Positions 13,101-28,860 of a stretch of 64,000 nucleotides of DNA are shown here, piece by piece (the stretch's first letter is position 1; each line of letters opens with the position of its first letter). The notes beneath the pieces are model-generated. The model did no database searches, had not been told where the DNA came from, and saw nothing but the letters and a program-made list of their open reading frames with translations. The DNA is from Octopus sinensis (taxonomy: Eukaryota): contig NC_043012.1 of NCBI RefSeq assembly GCF_006345805.1, positions 18,662,001-18,726,000 of the forward strand. The letters are read 5' to 3'. A program made the translations under genes and the position numbers.

Positions 13101-13719
13101 AAGTTTTCCTCAATTGTTTTAATATTATCGCATTCCGCTGCGATGCATTGTATATGTAAGGCTAGGTGTCCACTGTAGTTTATTTTACTAATTAATTATT
13201 TTTTCACGGGCGATGTAGATTTTCACTTTACATTTAAAAATTGTGATTCTTTGGAGGTGCTGTTTCATGTGTTCTTCTTAATTGTTATATGGAAATATAC
13301 CCACTTTTAAATAATGATGGCAGCATTAAATATAATTTGCACAAAACCTTTTCTATTACATCGAAGCATTGCAAAACATTGCACGCATCATATGATACTT
13401 CAATATAAATACATACGATAAACTGCATTGTATATATTTACGCACGAGTGTCTGTGAATAATTTTCCTTTTCTGATCAGTAATTACTGAAAATTCTACAC
13501 TTGTATCGCAAAAACAAAATAATGTATCAGCCTTTAGCTCTATGCCAGATGGCCACACACACATACACTCGATACATACAAACGCGTAAACATGCACACG
13601 CACAACATACACACAAACACACCTTGATGCTCTCCCACCTATATACTTATAATCAAGTATTTTACAGAAACAAAATATGTATGCACATCCTTTATCTGTT
13701 ACTTGTTGTTCCGGTGCGA

Positions 13720-14240
13720 CCACACTGTAGTTCTTTGAAGAAGTTTATTAGAACAGACCGACTACAAAAGAATATAGTAAACTTTACATGACCTTCACAA
13801 CTTTATGAGATGTTGAAAGAGTATGTCTACAAATGACTAGACAATATTTGAGCGGTGAAAATAATTAACTGCAGAGAGACTTTCTGAACACCCTTCTTTA
13901 AGTAGTTTACAGAATTATATGTACATGAGAACTGAGAAATACTAATAAGCAGAATCCGTTGGCTTCAAACTGCGTTATCTGTTAGGGCTAGATTCAGTTC
14001 TTTTAGTTTACAAAAACAACCTGCAACGAAACGGAATTTGACTGTTAATTCTTGTTAGTAGGGCGGCCATATTCTGATTTGCACGTTGTCACTATCCATG
14101 ATGTACTAGATTCATCAGGTGAGAAATGGTGATGCAGAATCCATCAATTGCTACAGGCAGGGAATTGAGATATGGTCGAAGGCGGGTTTCGGAAATTCTA
14201 AGTAGAAATGTGTGTGCTTTTATAGAAGAAGTTCTATGCA
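13720..14240 (+). pseudogene. Possible heavily decayed BEL/Pao LTR-retrotransposon RT fragment
   Basis: Ordered peptide remnants RLQKNIV, DVERVCLQM (13809), HDVLDSS (14097) and EIWSKAGF (14167) resemble the Pao RT motifs GPxLQ, DIEKMYLQI, VDDxLxS and xxAGF; several frameshifts are needed. Confidence 0.4.
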
Positions 14241-15449
14241 TATTTTAGTTCCATCAGTTGTTTTTGTTTTGTTTTAGCCCAATATCTAGACGTTATGTTC
14301 ATTGTTCTAAAAAAAAACAAAACTAAATGAAATTCGCTCGCATCGATTTAAAATCTATTCTACAAGTACCAAAAAGGAAATATGTCAGCTTGCATGAGCT
14401 ATACAATTTCGCTGTAAACATTTACCTCAAATCTAATAAAAGAAAACTATATTTATAGTTGACGATGAGCTGAAAATAGTATATATTTTCAATACAAGGC
14501 AGTTATATCCTGCAATTATTTTACATTTATACGACATATTTCAGAAGAAAAGTACCAGCATATCTTAATCGTAGACTTAAGTAGAGTTAAGAATCAATAT
14601 AAAGCCTACGCTTATAAATTAAACAATAAATATACAGTAGATCAAAAATAAGGAATTTGTTTTATTTTGAACAGAATAAATCAAAACATCATTAATCATG
14701 GTTTACAGCACTGCTTTCAAAAACGTTTCGCTTTCAATTTTCTATTGAACCTGAAATTATTGAGAGAAAATAAGATATAAACATACAATTAAATATTTGA
14801 GCTGAGATGAAAATATATTCTTTGGTTTCAGTTCGTCTCTTGAATTTCTCTGATATTTGTTTCTACATTCCTTATTTGAATTTTCGTTTGCAAGGTATAA
14901 TCATCTCCCATTTCATTTTATAGACGAAAATAATTATGATCACTTGATGGTAGTTCGTTTGAAGCAAAACTAAATAATTAGAAGAAACGGCCGGGGATGA
15001 ACAACTTATTAAATATAAATATTGTACTGAGATAACAGCTGGATTGCATCATGATTTACACTTTGTTGCAGTTTCTTTCTATATCTTGTTTTCATATTTA
15101 CTGGTGGAATTAAGATTTAGAATACTAGAAAATATTTCACAGATGCCACAGTGAAATAAATATAATTCATGGATAAGCCATATACTGGTCACAAGATCAG
15201 AAAACTTTTGAAATTTGTGAATTAGTTGTTTCTCCTTGTAGCATGGACAGCAAATGTTTAGAAATATATTCATAGAGAATATATGCCAAAGATAATCACA
15301 ATAATGTATGTGTAGATTATGTTTAATCTACAGATAATGTCATTAAAGTGAAAGCTCTATTAATCAACATTGCCGATTTGGTCACTACCGGCCAGAGAAA
15401 GCATAACAATAACTTAAATCGATGAAGAGTAGGAACAGTGAAATACAAT

Positions 15450-15506
<57 letters not shown>

Positions 15507-15519
15507 ATACGGATATACG

Positions 15520-15551
15520 GAAACTGAAAGATGCCGTCGTATACATGCATG

Positions 15552-15582
<31 letters not shown>

Positions 15583-15745
15583 ATGTATGTATGTATGTAT
15601 GTATTATTTGTGTATGTATGTGTTTATTTTCCCCAGCATCGCTTGTGTGTTTACGTGGCCGTAAATTAGCGATTCGGCAAAAATCCCCATAGGATCAGTA
15701 CTAGGCTTACAAAGAATAAATCCTGGGGGCGATTTCTTAGACTAT
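15520..15745 (+). mobile_element. SINE family A, 3' half
   Basis: GGAAACTGAAAGATGCCGTCG-(TA/TG)n-...TTCGGCAAAA...TACTAGGCTTACAAAGAATAA matches the intact copy at 57746-58180. Confidence 0.75.
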
Positions 15746-15979
15746 GGTCACTCAATACGCAGAAGTAACGCCTCGACCTGGGCGAGTCCCTGATATCTTA
15801 GCTATGTACCTCAAGTAACGTTACTTTGGATATTATATAATTTCGAACGCTTATATTCACAATCGTACTCTGTCAGTTGTCATCATTGCTAACCATAGTC
15901 ACTGATAGGCAGAAGAAACGAATAGAAGATACCAAGCATTTTTAAGAACAATCTGTATTGTATGCATATGTGTATAAAG

Positions 15980-16290
15980 CTGTGTAGTTAGAATGTTCAC
16001 TTGGAAACTATGTGGCTTCTTGTCGAGTCACATTGCTTGGCATCTTGGGCATGTATAGTCTTCTATAGCTCCAGAGCATCCAATGTCTTGCTAGTGAATA
16101 TGCTAGGCGGAGATGGTGTGTCAAATCCCGACATGTTTGTGTGTGTATGCGTATGAGTGCGTGTATTCATGTTTGTGCGTATCTGACCCCACCAAACGTT
16201 AAAATAAGTACTGCAGCCAGCCAGTTCGAGATAAACATTCGTGATGCTCGAGCATGGCGACGGTTTAATGACTGCCACAAGTAAAAGATA
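15980..16290 (+). mobile_element. SINE family A, old diverged copy
   Basis: GCTGTGTAGTTAG...GGCATCTTGGGCA...TCTTCTATAGC...AATAAGTACT...GCATGGCG...ATGACTG is collinear with family A. Confidence 0.55.
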
Positions 16291-17348
16291 TAGGTATGCA
16301 TTTGTGTACATATACATGTGTGTGTGTGTGCGCGCGTTGAGAATAATTCGACTGTCGCAGAAGGATTAATTGAAATTCATATTAACTGGGATATGACGGA
16401 ATTTTCTTCTCTTTTCTCTATTTTGCTACAATTCTTCTCATATTTGAATTATAAAATATTGCATTGCCTTTTTCCATTCAGGCAAATCAACTTATTGAGA
16501 TAAACGAATTTTTGTAATACATTGATAATTTTAATCCACATCGAAATACTCATTATTTCATGCCTTCACGCTAACTAAAGTGTATTAATAAACAAAGAAT
16601 AATGTAGCACTCTTGTTGGTGAATATATAGGAGATATTATCTGTATTCCTTTGTGGTTAGTTTCTAAGTCCCACTAGACAATATGTTGCCTTTTATTCGA
16701 TTCAGAAATGCAGTCGAAATCCCTAGTCATGCATCTAGTGACATTCAGTAGACAGCTGCAGCCCAGCTAAATATATTTTCACATTGTTAAGGAAGCACAA
16801 AGTAATAGAAACAGCATGATGAATATTGTCATATAGCTAAAGATAATTTTAAAGCTCCCATTTATATGCAATATAATAAGAACTGTGAAATGAGGCTGGC
16901 ATCAATATAGCCAGGTTAAATATTATTATGAAAATATTTACGGCGTCTTGGCACCTCTTCTTTATAGCAAATAATGAATAAAGCCAAATAGGAACGACCA
17001 ACCAGACTGCTGTGCTTCAACTCGATATCGATTATCTTATCAGAGGTAGCATGAGCCTATCTTCAAACCAAGAAGAAAAAGATAGAAATGATTTGGAATG
17101 AGTTTCTGGCAATTTAACATCGTACAATGAAGAGAGGGATTCTCCGTCAGAAGTTATTTTCATACACAAACTTACACTTAGTTCATGTTATGTATTTGAC
17201 AATGAGAAATCCTTTATGTATCTTCCAGATTCCATTTCTGGTTAGATGATAACTATAATTGAACATTATTACGCGAGTATTAGATACAAAATCTGCACCC
17301 AGCGCACATAAACTTCACACACATACATATATACTTATGTAGATACAC

Positions 17349-17436
<88 letters not shown>

Positions 17437-20400
17437 CATAGAGACACAAGCATACACACACACATATGTATATACATATATAGACACGACGCACACACAT
17501 ATATATCTTATATATCTGCTGATATAGTATGTTTTTACCCAGGCTATTACCATTCATAATATTGCATCTGAGAAGACGCAAACATCTTCCTGAATGACGA
17601 TGACATACTGTACGTCCTTGTGGCTAAGGTAGGTGAACATCGGTGAGCTCGAATAGACTGGTTATATAGTTAAGATCATTCACTCTGTCCTCTGTATCAA
17701 TTAGCCTTATACTAATTGACACACAATGCGTCGATCATTCATAGATATTCGAGCGTGTAAATATTAAAATAAAACCTCCCCTAACGTAAGTTTGTTTGTC
17801 TTTTAGGGGGTGATTCAATATCTAAGAAATGTAAGCAGTTCTGTGATTTATTGTCATCTAGAGTAACAATGAGTGAATGAAGTTATGTTCATGGAAAACA
17901 TTCAAGAAATTTAGAGGTTTTTTTTTTTTCGCAGTTTAGGTCAAAGTTTGAGACATAATCTTTTACTGCGGAAAAGATATAAGTCAAGTTGATCTTATTA
18001 ATATGAAACTTCCTCCCAGGGAAATTTCGCCGCTCACTACGTGTGTCAGTGGAGCTCGACACACCCAGTTCTCCAATAATAGAAAACCATTAAATTTGAT
18101 AAGCAGGTAGACGCAATTCAGCAGTTAACTATTAGCCTAGGGTTTTTTGGATATACCTTTGAATGTCCTGAATGAGCAGTAAACCGGTATATACCAGAAA
18201 ATGTAAAGTTCATTAGTACTGTGTGATCTGACATATTTGTTTTGTTGTTGGAACTTGAATTCCGTTTTTCTTATCGTGTGAAAGCAAACAGTGCGGTTCG
18301 AAAGTAAATGGAATAATCATTTCTTTTCTACCCATAGTGACATCTTTGAGCTCTCCTCCAATGGTCCAATAGCGCTTGATAGAGCCTGTTACATTGAGTG
18401 CAAAAATATAATGATGGTAGATTGGTTTTTCCCGGTTATTAGTTGTTATTGATTTCACGATTTATTTGTCATAATTAATGTTTTTCTCAATGTTATGCCA
18501 ACTTTACTTGAATATTACTCGTATTATACATTTTATGATATGACCCGCTAAACACAGTAATCATGCGAGTTATTCAGGTTTTAATTTTTCATGTTTGTGT
18601 GCTTAACTCTCATTACTATACTTCAATATTCACATCTAATCAAAGGGTATTGTTATAAAAATTGAAACCGTATAGATACAAGCATTAGTAAGCAAACACT
18701 CGTATAATCTATTCATTAAGAAAGTTAAGAGATGAACTGAAAAATTATAGCTAAATTTTGTGTGCGAGTCAAAACACCCTAAAATTATACAGAAAATGAC
18801 ATGTACCCAATTAGCGGTGTGTATGCAGAAAATTAAGAAACGTTGGTCGAAATATTAAAAAAAAACCTCTTCACAACCGAAAACAACTGCACAAAGTAAT
18901 GCTAACACTTTTCGTGGAATATATTGAAAAGAAAACAGCTACTGTGTGCTCATTAATTCTATTGTGGATATACGTGTTTACGATATGAAGTTGCCTTGCA
19001 AATATTTTTCTTTTGCACCAACAAAATGGAAATTCTAGTTAATATGTTTCAGAAATGTCTACTACGATAGACAAGGTGATAAGTAAGTAAATTTCAATTG
19101 GTAATTAAAATATATTATAGGATTCTGTGATTCATTACTGAGAGTTCAAGTTGTACATGTCATGAAGATTAATCAGTATCTTGAAGAAAAATGAAAGAAA
19201 CTACGCTGTCTGTGGATAGGCACCTATGTGACCATCATTTCTATAAGGATATTTTGAAATGTTACGAGTGATAAATAACCGTAATTGCTTCGCTTTCATC
19301 GTATTTTCCGACATTAACACATGAAATGTGTTTCTTCAATTTATGTTCCAGTTCACCAAATAAGGTATCTACTCTAAGTTTAAAAGATTCCTCTCGTGCC
19401 ATAATCATGTACAATTTAGATTTTGTTTTCAAAATAGTCACGTCACGCAATTGAAATTCAAATACTACAACGTCTCAAATAGTTATGTCTGTACTCATTA
19501 AACCTGCTTATATTTTTCCCCACGGATATTACAGGTTTTCTGGCAATGATGCTTTTGACATTTGTCATAATGCAATGTTTCGCTTCATTCTGCTTTATTA
19601 TTATTATTTTTACCCTGACTTAAATGTTACATATGCAGAGAGAAGATTTTCTGACATCATTTTCCGAAATGTAATATTGAAACAAGTGGTATAAATTGCT
19701 TGTTAGTATTAGGTCGTGTCCCGAATAAGAAACTGTTCAATTCATATCTGAAGATGTCTAACGATATATCTCTGTAAGAATTCACTTTGAACATTAGTGC
19801 TATTGAACACATTTATCAATCATAAATTACATATTCCAATAAATAAACCAACTTATTATGACTGAAGTTTACTTATGTCAACCAAAGGAGCGTAAGAATC
19901 AATAGCGGCCCAGCCTTACTTCAACAAAATTGAAATGAATACTTCACACTATCCTCCCCGATGCCCTACTTTAAAAGGCCATCACTATTATATTACCAAA
20001 TCATGTACTCATGATTTATTATCATTACAATGCATTGAAGCTGCCTTACATTTAGTCCATATAAATTCCGTGACAGTCTCTAAACAGCTTAAATAATCTG
20101 CTCTCATACGTACGCCCAAGACACGCGCACACACACACAGATGCATACACACACGCACATATGATTTGATATGTGTTTGTACAAGAAACTGCGTCTATGG
20201 ATATGATCATGATAATTCAGCTCATGTGTCATCGTATAATTTCAAATATATACTGTGTAAGTTTATTTGCTTCTGAAATGAAACTATTCTAAATTTAACA
20301 GAATGTCTGGCGTAAGCCTCGCTATCCATTACTTTATATCAATAATATGGCCTGATAGTAATCCAACTTATTTGGCAAATGACAATCAGGACAAATAACA

Positions 20401-21039
20401 TTAAGACTATTATCATTATTTACATTATTTCAGTATAGATAAGTGTAGTTCACTTAATGATCTATGTTAGCTGGAAATGATTAATATGTGCGAGGTTAAA
20501 ACCAACAGACAAATAAATGTCAATTTGAAAATAGAAAACACAATGTCATTTATTTAGGACTTTAGTTTCGTGTATATATCATAGGATATATAACAGCAAA
20601 GTATTATTTGTTTCAGAACTGGCGGCTACAATTTTTGGCAACTTATTTAATATTTTCATTGTAATAGGCGCTCTCAGGATGCCTTACGCATTAGTATTTA
20701 ATTTACATAAGCAAATCAATGGTTACTGAACTTGTATGAAGTTAAGTGTAGATTTTGCTATTCTCTATAATTGCCTATATCAACATCCGTTTTGCTTTAT
20801 ATTCATGCTTAATTATTTATCTCTAAATACATCGGTCAACAAAGTATTTCCACTGTAAATAATTTGGTGCGAACCAGAAAATCTCTTTGGAGATACTTTT
20901 TAACCTACTCTGTTTTACTAATATTTATAGTCTATGAAATAATGTATCGGTTGTATTTGAATGTTACCATGTCTACTTTGCTTCTTAAAGTGGGTTGCAA
21001 GATTAGTTAGGTGAACAATGCTTTTAGCCATACTCAAGA

Positions 21040-21600
21040 CATGCAGAGCTCGGACAGCGAAAACCAATATATTGGCTGCTAATTTTTATTGTTAACATAA
21101 TTAGGATTTTTGCATAGGGCACAAGAACATTGCTTATCAGAAGTGTATTTAAGCAAGCAGTCAAATCTATCATGATTAAACGAAATTTAGAGTCTATATG
21201 CGAAGACATTGGCAATGATGGATGAAAAACCATTGGAAGGTTATACCAAATACAGTTTAGAACCGACGTCTCAGGAGAACTTTCATTACTGACTAAGCGG
21301 AAGGCAGATTCTCCCACCTAAAGATCGTAGATAGCTAAATTGAGTGACTCATTTTAAGTAGACGACCTTTTAATCGGGATTCCTTCACATATGATAGTTC
21401 CATAGCATCTGCCCGCAATGTCGTACAACAAAATTACTATTCAAACTAGATCTGCTGCACCAGTGGAATGTGATATTAGGTTGAACCATTCACCACTCTA
21501 ATCTCCAAGATCTTCAATGATATAATTCGGGATATTCTTAAAAAGTTATACAACTCCATAGCATAAATAGTTTCCCCAAAATATTGGTCCAGGAAGACTT
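21040..21600 (-). pseudogene. Possible decayed RTE-type LINE RT fragment
   Basis: Minus-strand remnants KSPGP-like (~21590), LAIYDL..AF..V (~21300-21340) and KQ.VLVP (~21115-21140) fall in RT motif order but are very degenerate. Confidence 0.3.
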
Positions 21601-21624
21601 CATTACCGTTGTATGACATCAGGT

Positions 21625-21980
21625 ACGAACGTTAATCGATTGCATCCACTCCAGTTCTCAACTGCTACACATTTTATCGAAACGAAACGATGAAAGATAA
21701 AGTTGAGTCCGGAAGAACGACTGCTAAACATCGTGTACGTTACAGTAACGATTTTTCCAGCTGTCTCCTCGCTACTACAATAAGGCTGGTTTCGCATTTT
21801 GGTATAAGACTAGCAATTTCGGGTGAGTGGTTAAGTCGATTGGAATACCCACAGTACTCAATCGGTACTTATTTTATCGACCCCGAGAGAATGAAAGGCA
21901 ATGTCGATCTCAGCGTCATTTGAACCAAAATGCCACTGAGCATCTTGCCCGGCGTGCTAACGATTCTTCCAGTTCGCCGC
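21625..21980 (-). mobile_element. Two tandem SINE family B copies (21625-21770 and 21830-21980)
   Basis: Reverse complement gives GCGGCGAACTGGAAGAATCGTTAGCACGCCGGGC...GCCTTTCATTCTCTCGGGGTCGATAAAATAAGTACC; a more decayed copy with the same head and core lies immediately downstream. Confidence 0.75.
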
Positions 21981-22234
21981 TCCAATGATGCTGATAATAT
22001 TTGCATAGCCAGAGTAAAAACAAAACGCTATGTTGTTTACACTACTTCGCGACTTTTACGTAGAAAAATATCATGTTTATTATAAATATATTTTTTTTAA
22101 ACGATATGCAACTTTCTATGTTTTACGAAAAAGAAGAGCACAACAATGATTAGTATACACAAGCACCTCAAATGCATGCACATACTTACTTGTGTGCCTG
22201 TTTGTGTGTGTGAACTTGAAAATATGTATGTGTG

Positions 22235-22266
<32 letters not shown>

Positions 22267-22375
22267 GTGTGTGTGTGTGTGTGTGTGTGTTCGATTGTCT
22301 GTATGTGTATGCATATATATATATATGTATGTGTGTGTGTGTGTGTATAGATGTGATTGTGTGTATGTGTATGCA

Positions 22376-22450
<75 letters not shown>

Positions 22451-25400
22451 TAGTTGTTAGTGTAACTTAAAATTCCTGAGACCTGTCAATTGGATAACAT
22501 GTCAATTCTCTATTTCTTTTAAAGTTCAAGCTATTGATGGGTGGATAATCAATCGTTTTTCCTTGCTTAGAACAGCCCGACAGCAAGAAATACAATTCCC
22601 TTGACAGATCTTGACGCCAACTTCCGTTACGTTGCACTTGATCGTTGTTTTGTCTATATCTTCCTTCAATTAAAAATATAGGGTATTGCCTGAGTAAACT
22701 TTGTGTCGCATTCCGACCATCATGAATGCTTTCTCGGAAACAGTTTTTTTTTTGTTATCGATATATTTTAATGATGGTATATTACGCCAATAATACAACA
22801 AATGAAATTTCTATTTCGCTTGCATACAGCTTGATATTAATCCATCAATGTCAATGAAATTTCTGTGTATTGAGAATTGTTTGTGTGCGTTTTAGAGAGA
22901 ATAATAATTTCGTTTCCTATTTCGTTTTCTTTTTAAAATTGTATTCTCTTTTGATACCACTCAATCTGTTTATGTAGCATACTTTTTTAATACCAAGTTT
23001 CTAATTCCTGTGAGAATCGACTTAAATCTTTCTCATTTTCTCTTTGCAATGCCACAATTTTTTTTACAATATGAACATATAAAAAATTTTCATTTTTATA
23101 TACGTTTGCATTTAAAATTATCCCTGCACGCCGAAGTGAACTTATGTGTCTATTTCTGTTTATTGCTATTAGAAGGTAAATAGAAAATAAGAAAAACAAC
23201 ATCTTATCTCTCATTTATATATATTTAATGCTTTTGTTTCTCAGAAGGCCAAGGGTGAATTAGCAGGTCAAGAGAAAATCTATTCTTTTTCCAATCATGA
23301 GTTTTATAATTTTGCTAACATATTCCTATGTTGGATTAACTTATCTAATTTATCAAAAGTAGGATAGTAAATAATATAACTAGTCGAGAATTCCACCATA
23401 CGTACAACCCTGCTATATTTACTATTGTTATGCGCTATCAAACCAAGTGTAAATTATGGACAATACTATCAAAGTCGAGAACACGAAAGGAAAGCAAAAT
23501 CATATTGCAGAATCTACCAAACAGAATACATGTTCACTGAATGTAAAGAAATGAATAAATTAAATATCGATACCTTTCCAGCAAGTAGCATATTCGAAGC
23601 GTTAACTGTTATGTTATTTTTGAATATCCGTTTCTTCCAAAAATGATATAGAATATTCTTGAATTTTATTTCTTAAATTTAGAAAATGAACATTTTAAGG
23701 TTTCCTTTATCCAAAGTATTTTATTTAATCGACACACGGTGGTTCAATATAAAATCACGTAAACTCGTATGGATATTAACAAAGCAAGTGTAATATTGAT
23801 TATAATACCAATATTGCTGTTTTGAAAGAAGAGTAAAACCGATTCAAACAGTGCATCATGTGACTGAGAGTAGTATAAACAGCGACTGGTGTGATATTCA
23901 TGCAAGATATTTTCAAATCCACTCCAGTAATGTTATAAAAGAAAAATCTACATTTAACGAATATGAATGAAAATCTGAGTAGGAAACGACTTCTTTCAAA
24001 TGGAATATTGGTGTTATATATACGTAAGTCTCAGTGAATGCATTTATTTCATTTTAGATGCAATAGTTCACCAATAATTTCTATGGATTCAAACTGCATT
24101 GAACAGAGTTATGACTTATTTTCCAAGTAAAGAAACAACACTCTCCATTGAATATATTGCAATCATTGCGTTGGATAGAAGCTTATGAAACCATTTTAAC
24201 AAATTCCTGTAATTATTTAAATTAAGACGTAATTTTTAGATTTGACATACCTAAGTAAAATTGATAGTGAAAAGAAATGTATTTCCAATATATGTATGTC
24301 TGCATGAATATTTGATTAAATTTCATGCAATGTTGTACAATGAGTTTCAAACAAATTGAAGGAACTTCAACTAGTCTCAAAACTACAAATGATTATTTTG
24401 ATAACTGCACACGGTTATGAATGTAGGCACATCACTTGACAGTGAATGGGTAGATTTGATATTAAGTATAATAATTTATTTAATAACTAGATTATCAACC
24501 ACATTTTGAACAACAACCTTGGACATCTTTTTAAATCCCATATGACAAACTCTAACGGAAATGTTTATAAAAACAAATAACAACACAGCACCCATGACTT
24601 TCGGAAACATTTGAAACATGGGAAAGACTACCTGCATCAAATGTTAGTTGTCGGGACATTACATTCTTCAACACTTCCATGCTTCCTGAAATCCGCTAAC
24701 AGTAGACTTGATAAGCCTTTTAAAAAAGAATTAGTTGTAGTGCACCTGAGCACAGTATACAACAATTTCCTTCTTTATATACTTACACACAATTTGTAAA
24801 ATAATACTTCGGTTATTTCCGTTTATGCACAAACACACAAACACACAGAGACACGCAAACACACAGTCTGATACAGGTAGTGCGTGCACGCACACATAAA
24901 CACACACAGTCTCATACAGCTATGTGCATATACAAACATACACAATCTCATACAGTTACGCGTACACACACAAACACACTTAAACACGAAGTTTCATACA
25001 GTTATACGCACGCAAAACACACACACACACACAGAGTCATAGGTTTCATTTATTTATTTTTAATATTTGGACGATAAAATCGAGGAAAAAGGAGGGTGTA
25101 CCGAGTACTTAGAGCAGTCTGACATTTTCAGTTTCATAAGGGAGGAGAAGGAGGGTATACCGAGCGAGTCAAATTGACTGACTCGTGTCAGTTCTGAGTC
25201 CTGCAAATCGATTTTATTCATATAGATTGCTGCAAAGTCTGGCACATCGATAGGTGGAAGGCGTAAGTCGATTACAAAGATACCCAACCCCAAAACGAAA
25301 ACACTGGTCTCTTCAATTCTAATTTTTTTCCAAATCGGCTGTTTTCATTAATTAGTACTTTGCAACTACTGTTAAATTGTATCTTTGCGCTGCCTCATAC

Positions 25401-27624
25401 CATCTTGTATTAATGTCCGAAAAAGATTTCGTGGAGATTTGGACCATAAAAGGAAGGAAATTCATTTCAATAAATGTTTTACGTAAACAAATCAATTATG
25501 AATATCTTAATTAATTTTAATTTAGATTCTCAAACCGTCAAGGTTTGGAAATTTTTCTCTAAGTTGGAACTAAAAGCTTTCTCTAATCTGCACATAGCCC
25601 TTTCCTAGATTCACTTATCGAGATATAACTGTGAGCTAAACCTGACTCAGTTGCCACAGGATCAGGAGTGTTCTCTCTATGAGCTTATTGTACATCCTTG
25701 GATTATTTATATCTACGACTGCTCGAAGAACTTTTAGTATGCTAGAAAGTTGCATATCATACATTTTCATTCAGCACTCTGCCTTAGAGCAGTTCACAAA
25801 TATTAATTTTATTATTCAGCAAAACAATGAATTGTATAATTCCATAAGTCATCCATCTTTTTGTCTGCCGACCTTAACTGAAATTTATTTAAGCCTGTTA
25901 TAAACTGAAAACGCATGAATCACAGTGCAATGTCTCTACACAGACAATCGAGAGATACATAAGTGTCAGCAGACTTTACATACATTTAAATAAATCACAC
26001 GCAATATGGACAAAGCGATAATGTCTATACAGTCTCTTGCTCTGGTATAAATAGAAGACACCGCAATCACAAATAACGCTCATTATATTAGGACGTGTTG
26101 AATAACATAAACCAAGATCTATATTTGTAAAGAAACGACGATAAATATTGCAGGAACATCTTCACAATATTCCAATCAGAACCGACGTGGTACTTACGCA
26201 TTCTAATGAATAAATTATGCTAGAAATACACTACTGGGTTACTTCTCTTTAGGATTGTTAACTATTTATGTATTAACTAAATTTAGTGATGTTTAAATAA
26301 ATTACTTTACATGATACAATTATGTTTTCAGCGAAGTATCTTCATCAGCTAAACAATTTTTCATTTGTAGATACATAAACTTTTGTCGATGCTTCTATAC
26401 ACAACATAGAGGATTAAACAGCAATGGGTCCATTGTATTATTCAGGAAATAGTATATTACAATGAAATTCGTTCATAAAAAACAACGTTCGTACACATTA
26501 GTGACAATATATATCTAAATGAAAATTCTCCGTCAAATTAGTTATTTAAAAAAATATTACTCAGTAATTTTTATTTAACTTACATTAATATCGACGCCTA
26601 CTTACCTACACAATTTCATACGTAGTAACGAAACAAAATAAAAAAAATAAACACTTCCGGCTGATGTGATAATGCCACCAATAATCACTGTAGCTCAGTA
26701 AATCTTACTTTCTACAAACCGCTCAAATTTTCGGTTGCCCTAGCATTCAAAGTGCTGAAATTCCCTATCGCATTTCGAATTGAGAGTGAAAGACAGAGTT
26801 CTATCTGAATAGATAAACTGATGAATTCCACTGATCTTCTTTGCTTATGTCGGCTCAAGTGATATGATGCAGTAAATCTCGGTCATGCAGATAATTATTT
26901 TAAAATATAAACAGTAATCAGATATGAATATGTAGATATGCCACAGAGGTTTACACTTAGAAAGCAGTTGAAAAGGACAATATAAATGAGCGCTGGAGAC
27001 GAATGAAAATATATTCAAAGCATAGCTAGTGAATGTATATCAGTTTGAGAAACTATGATAAAATATGTGCTATGAACACGACCTGATTAAACCAGTAAAA
27101 TTTAAATTAGATGTCGACTTTATGGAAAACCACGTTATATTTATTTCCTTAGTGTCGAGAAGTTCTCGAACAAAGTAAAATAGTATTATAGATTTAGAAT
27201 ATACCGACGGTGCTGGTTCTTCACCGATATGATTTTATAGTGCAATCGCCATTGGTATTCTGAAATATAGATCAATAGCTTCTCGGCGAAAGAAAACATG
27301 AATCTCCTTTTAAATGCCATAATTTTCTTATAACATAAATGCTTGTCACAGATATTGTCATTATAATGATGTATAACCTTACTTCTATAAAATACCCGTA
27401 ATCCTTTCAACCTACATTTTAGGTTATTGAACATATATTCAAACACGATTTATGAAATGCTCCTGATCATATAAATATAGATGCATAAAATAGATCAAAC
27501 TTGTAGATAATCATCTTTCTTTTATTTCCGTTATATTCCTTTAATATATTATCTCACTTTCGCACACATTCACTCTCACTCTATCGTGCTAAATATATAT
27601 CTATATATTCCTCTCACTATATAT

Positions 27625-27721
<97 letters not shown>

Positions 27722-28513
27722 ATATATCTATATCTGTCTATATATAAATATATATAAATATATATATATATATACACACGGACATATACATATCTGTATA
27801 CATATGCATGTGCGTGTTTGTGCCTGTATGTGTTTTCGTTGTTTGTTGTTTGCGTGTGCATGTGTGCGAGTTTGTGTATGTGTGTTTGTCTGTCTGTCTG
27901 TGTCTTCTTGTGTGATATTGGTCATCCTCAAAATGACGTACATAAATATATTCGCTTCGGTGATCGCATCATTGAAGAAAAAGATACAACGCCCAAATCC
28001 GGCAAGACGTTGTTGCCACAATTTGATGCAAAACTCTCGCTTTTATATGGAATTTGTCTGAGACGATTTATATAGCATCGGACGTTGTGTGTTCATATAA
28101 AATATTGCATATATATTGAAGGCTATATACATATGCAAGGAAGCGTACTCAGGTTTACATTCGATCACAAACATATCAGCATATATTCATACATGCCAGC
28201 CTATACAGACACAGACATATACTGATATATATACATATATATATATACACGCACACAGATACATACACATCCTACCACACAAATATACAAACAGGCATTT
28301 ATTTATTTTCATAGCTGCGCAGTCGAGAAGTTCAGATCGCTTTACAACATGCTTCCGGAAGCGATCTTCCCTGTTGATAAGTCCTACAAACCATGAAACA
28401 TTATAGGCGCGAGATAACAAAACAATTTTAGTAAGAAAGTAGGAAGCGTAAAATTGTCGGAAGTGCGATCATTCAGGGGAAAACTTTTGTATGTATCTAT
28501 GTATAACTGTATG

Positions 28514-28544
<31 letters not shown>

Positions 28545-28585
28545 ATGCATTTATGCGTATATGTATATATAACATGTATACATAT

Positions 28586-28633
<48 letters not shown>

Positions 28634-28671
28634 CATATATATACATATGTACATATATATATATATATAAT

Positions 28672-28799
<128 letters not shown>

Positions 28800-28805
28800 A
28801 TTTGT

Positions 28806-28860
<55 letters not shown>

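Noticed and set aside
19748-19775. CTGAAGA followed by a small hairpin
   Set aside because: No GAAA or stem III follows.
28334-28367. 9-bp inverted repeat AGATCGCTT/AAGCGATCT with internal GCTTCCGGAAGC palindrome
   Set aside because: Short, with no supporting core motif or second copy in the window.
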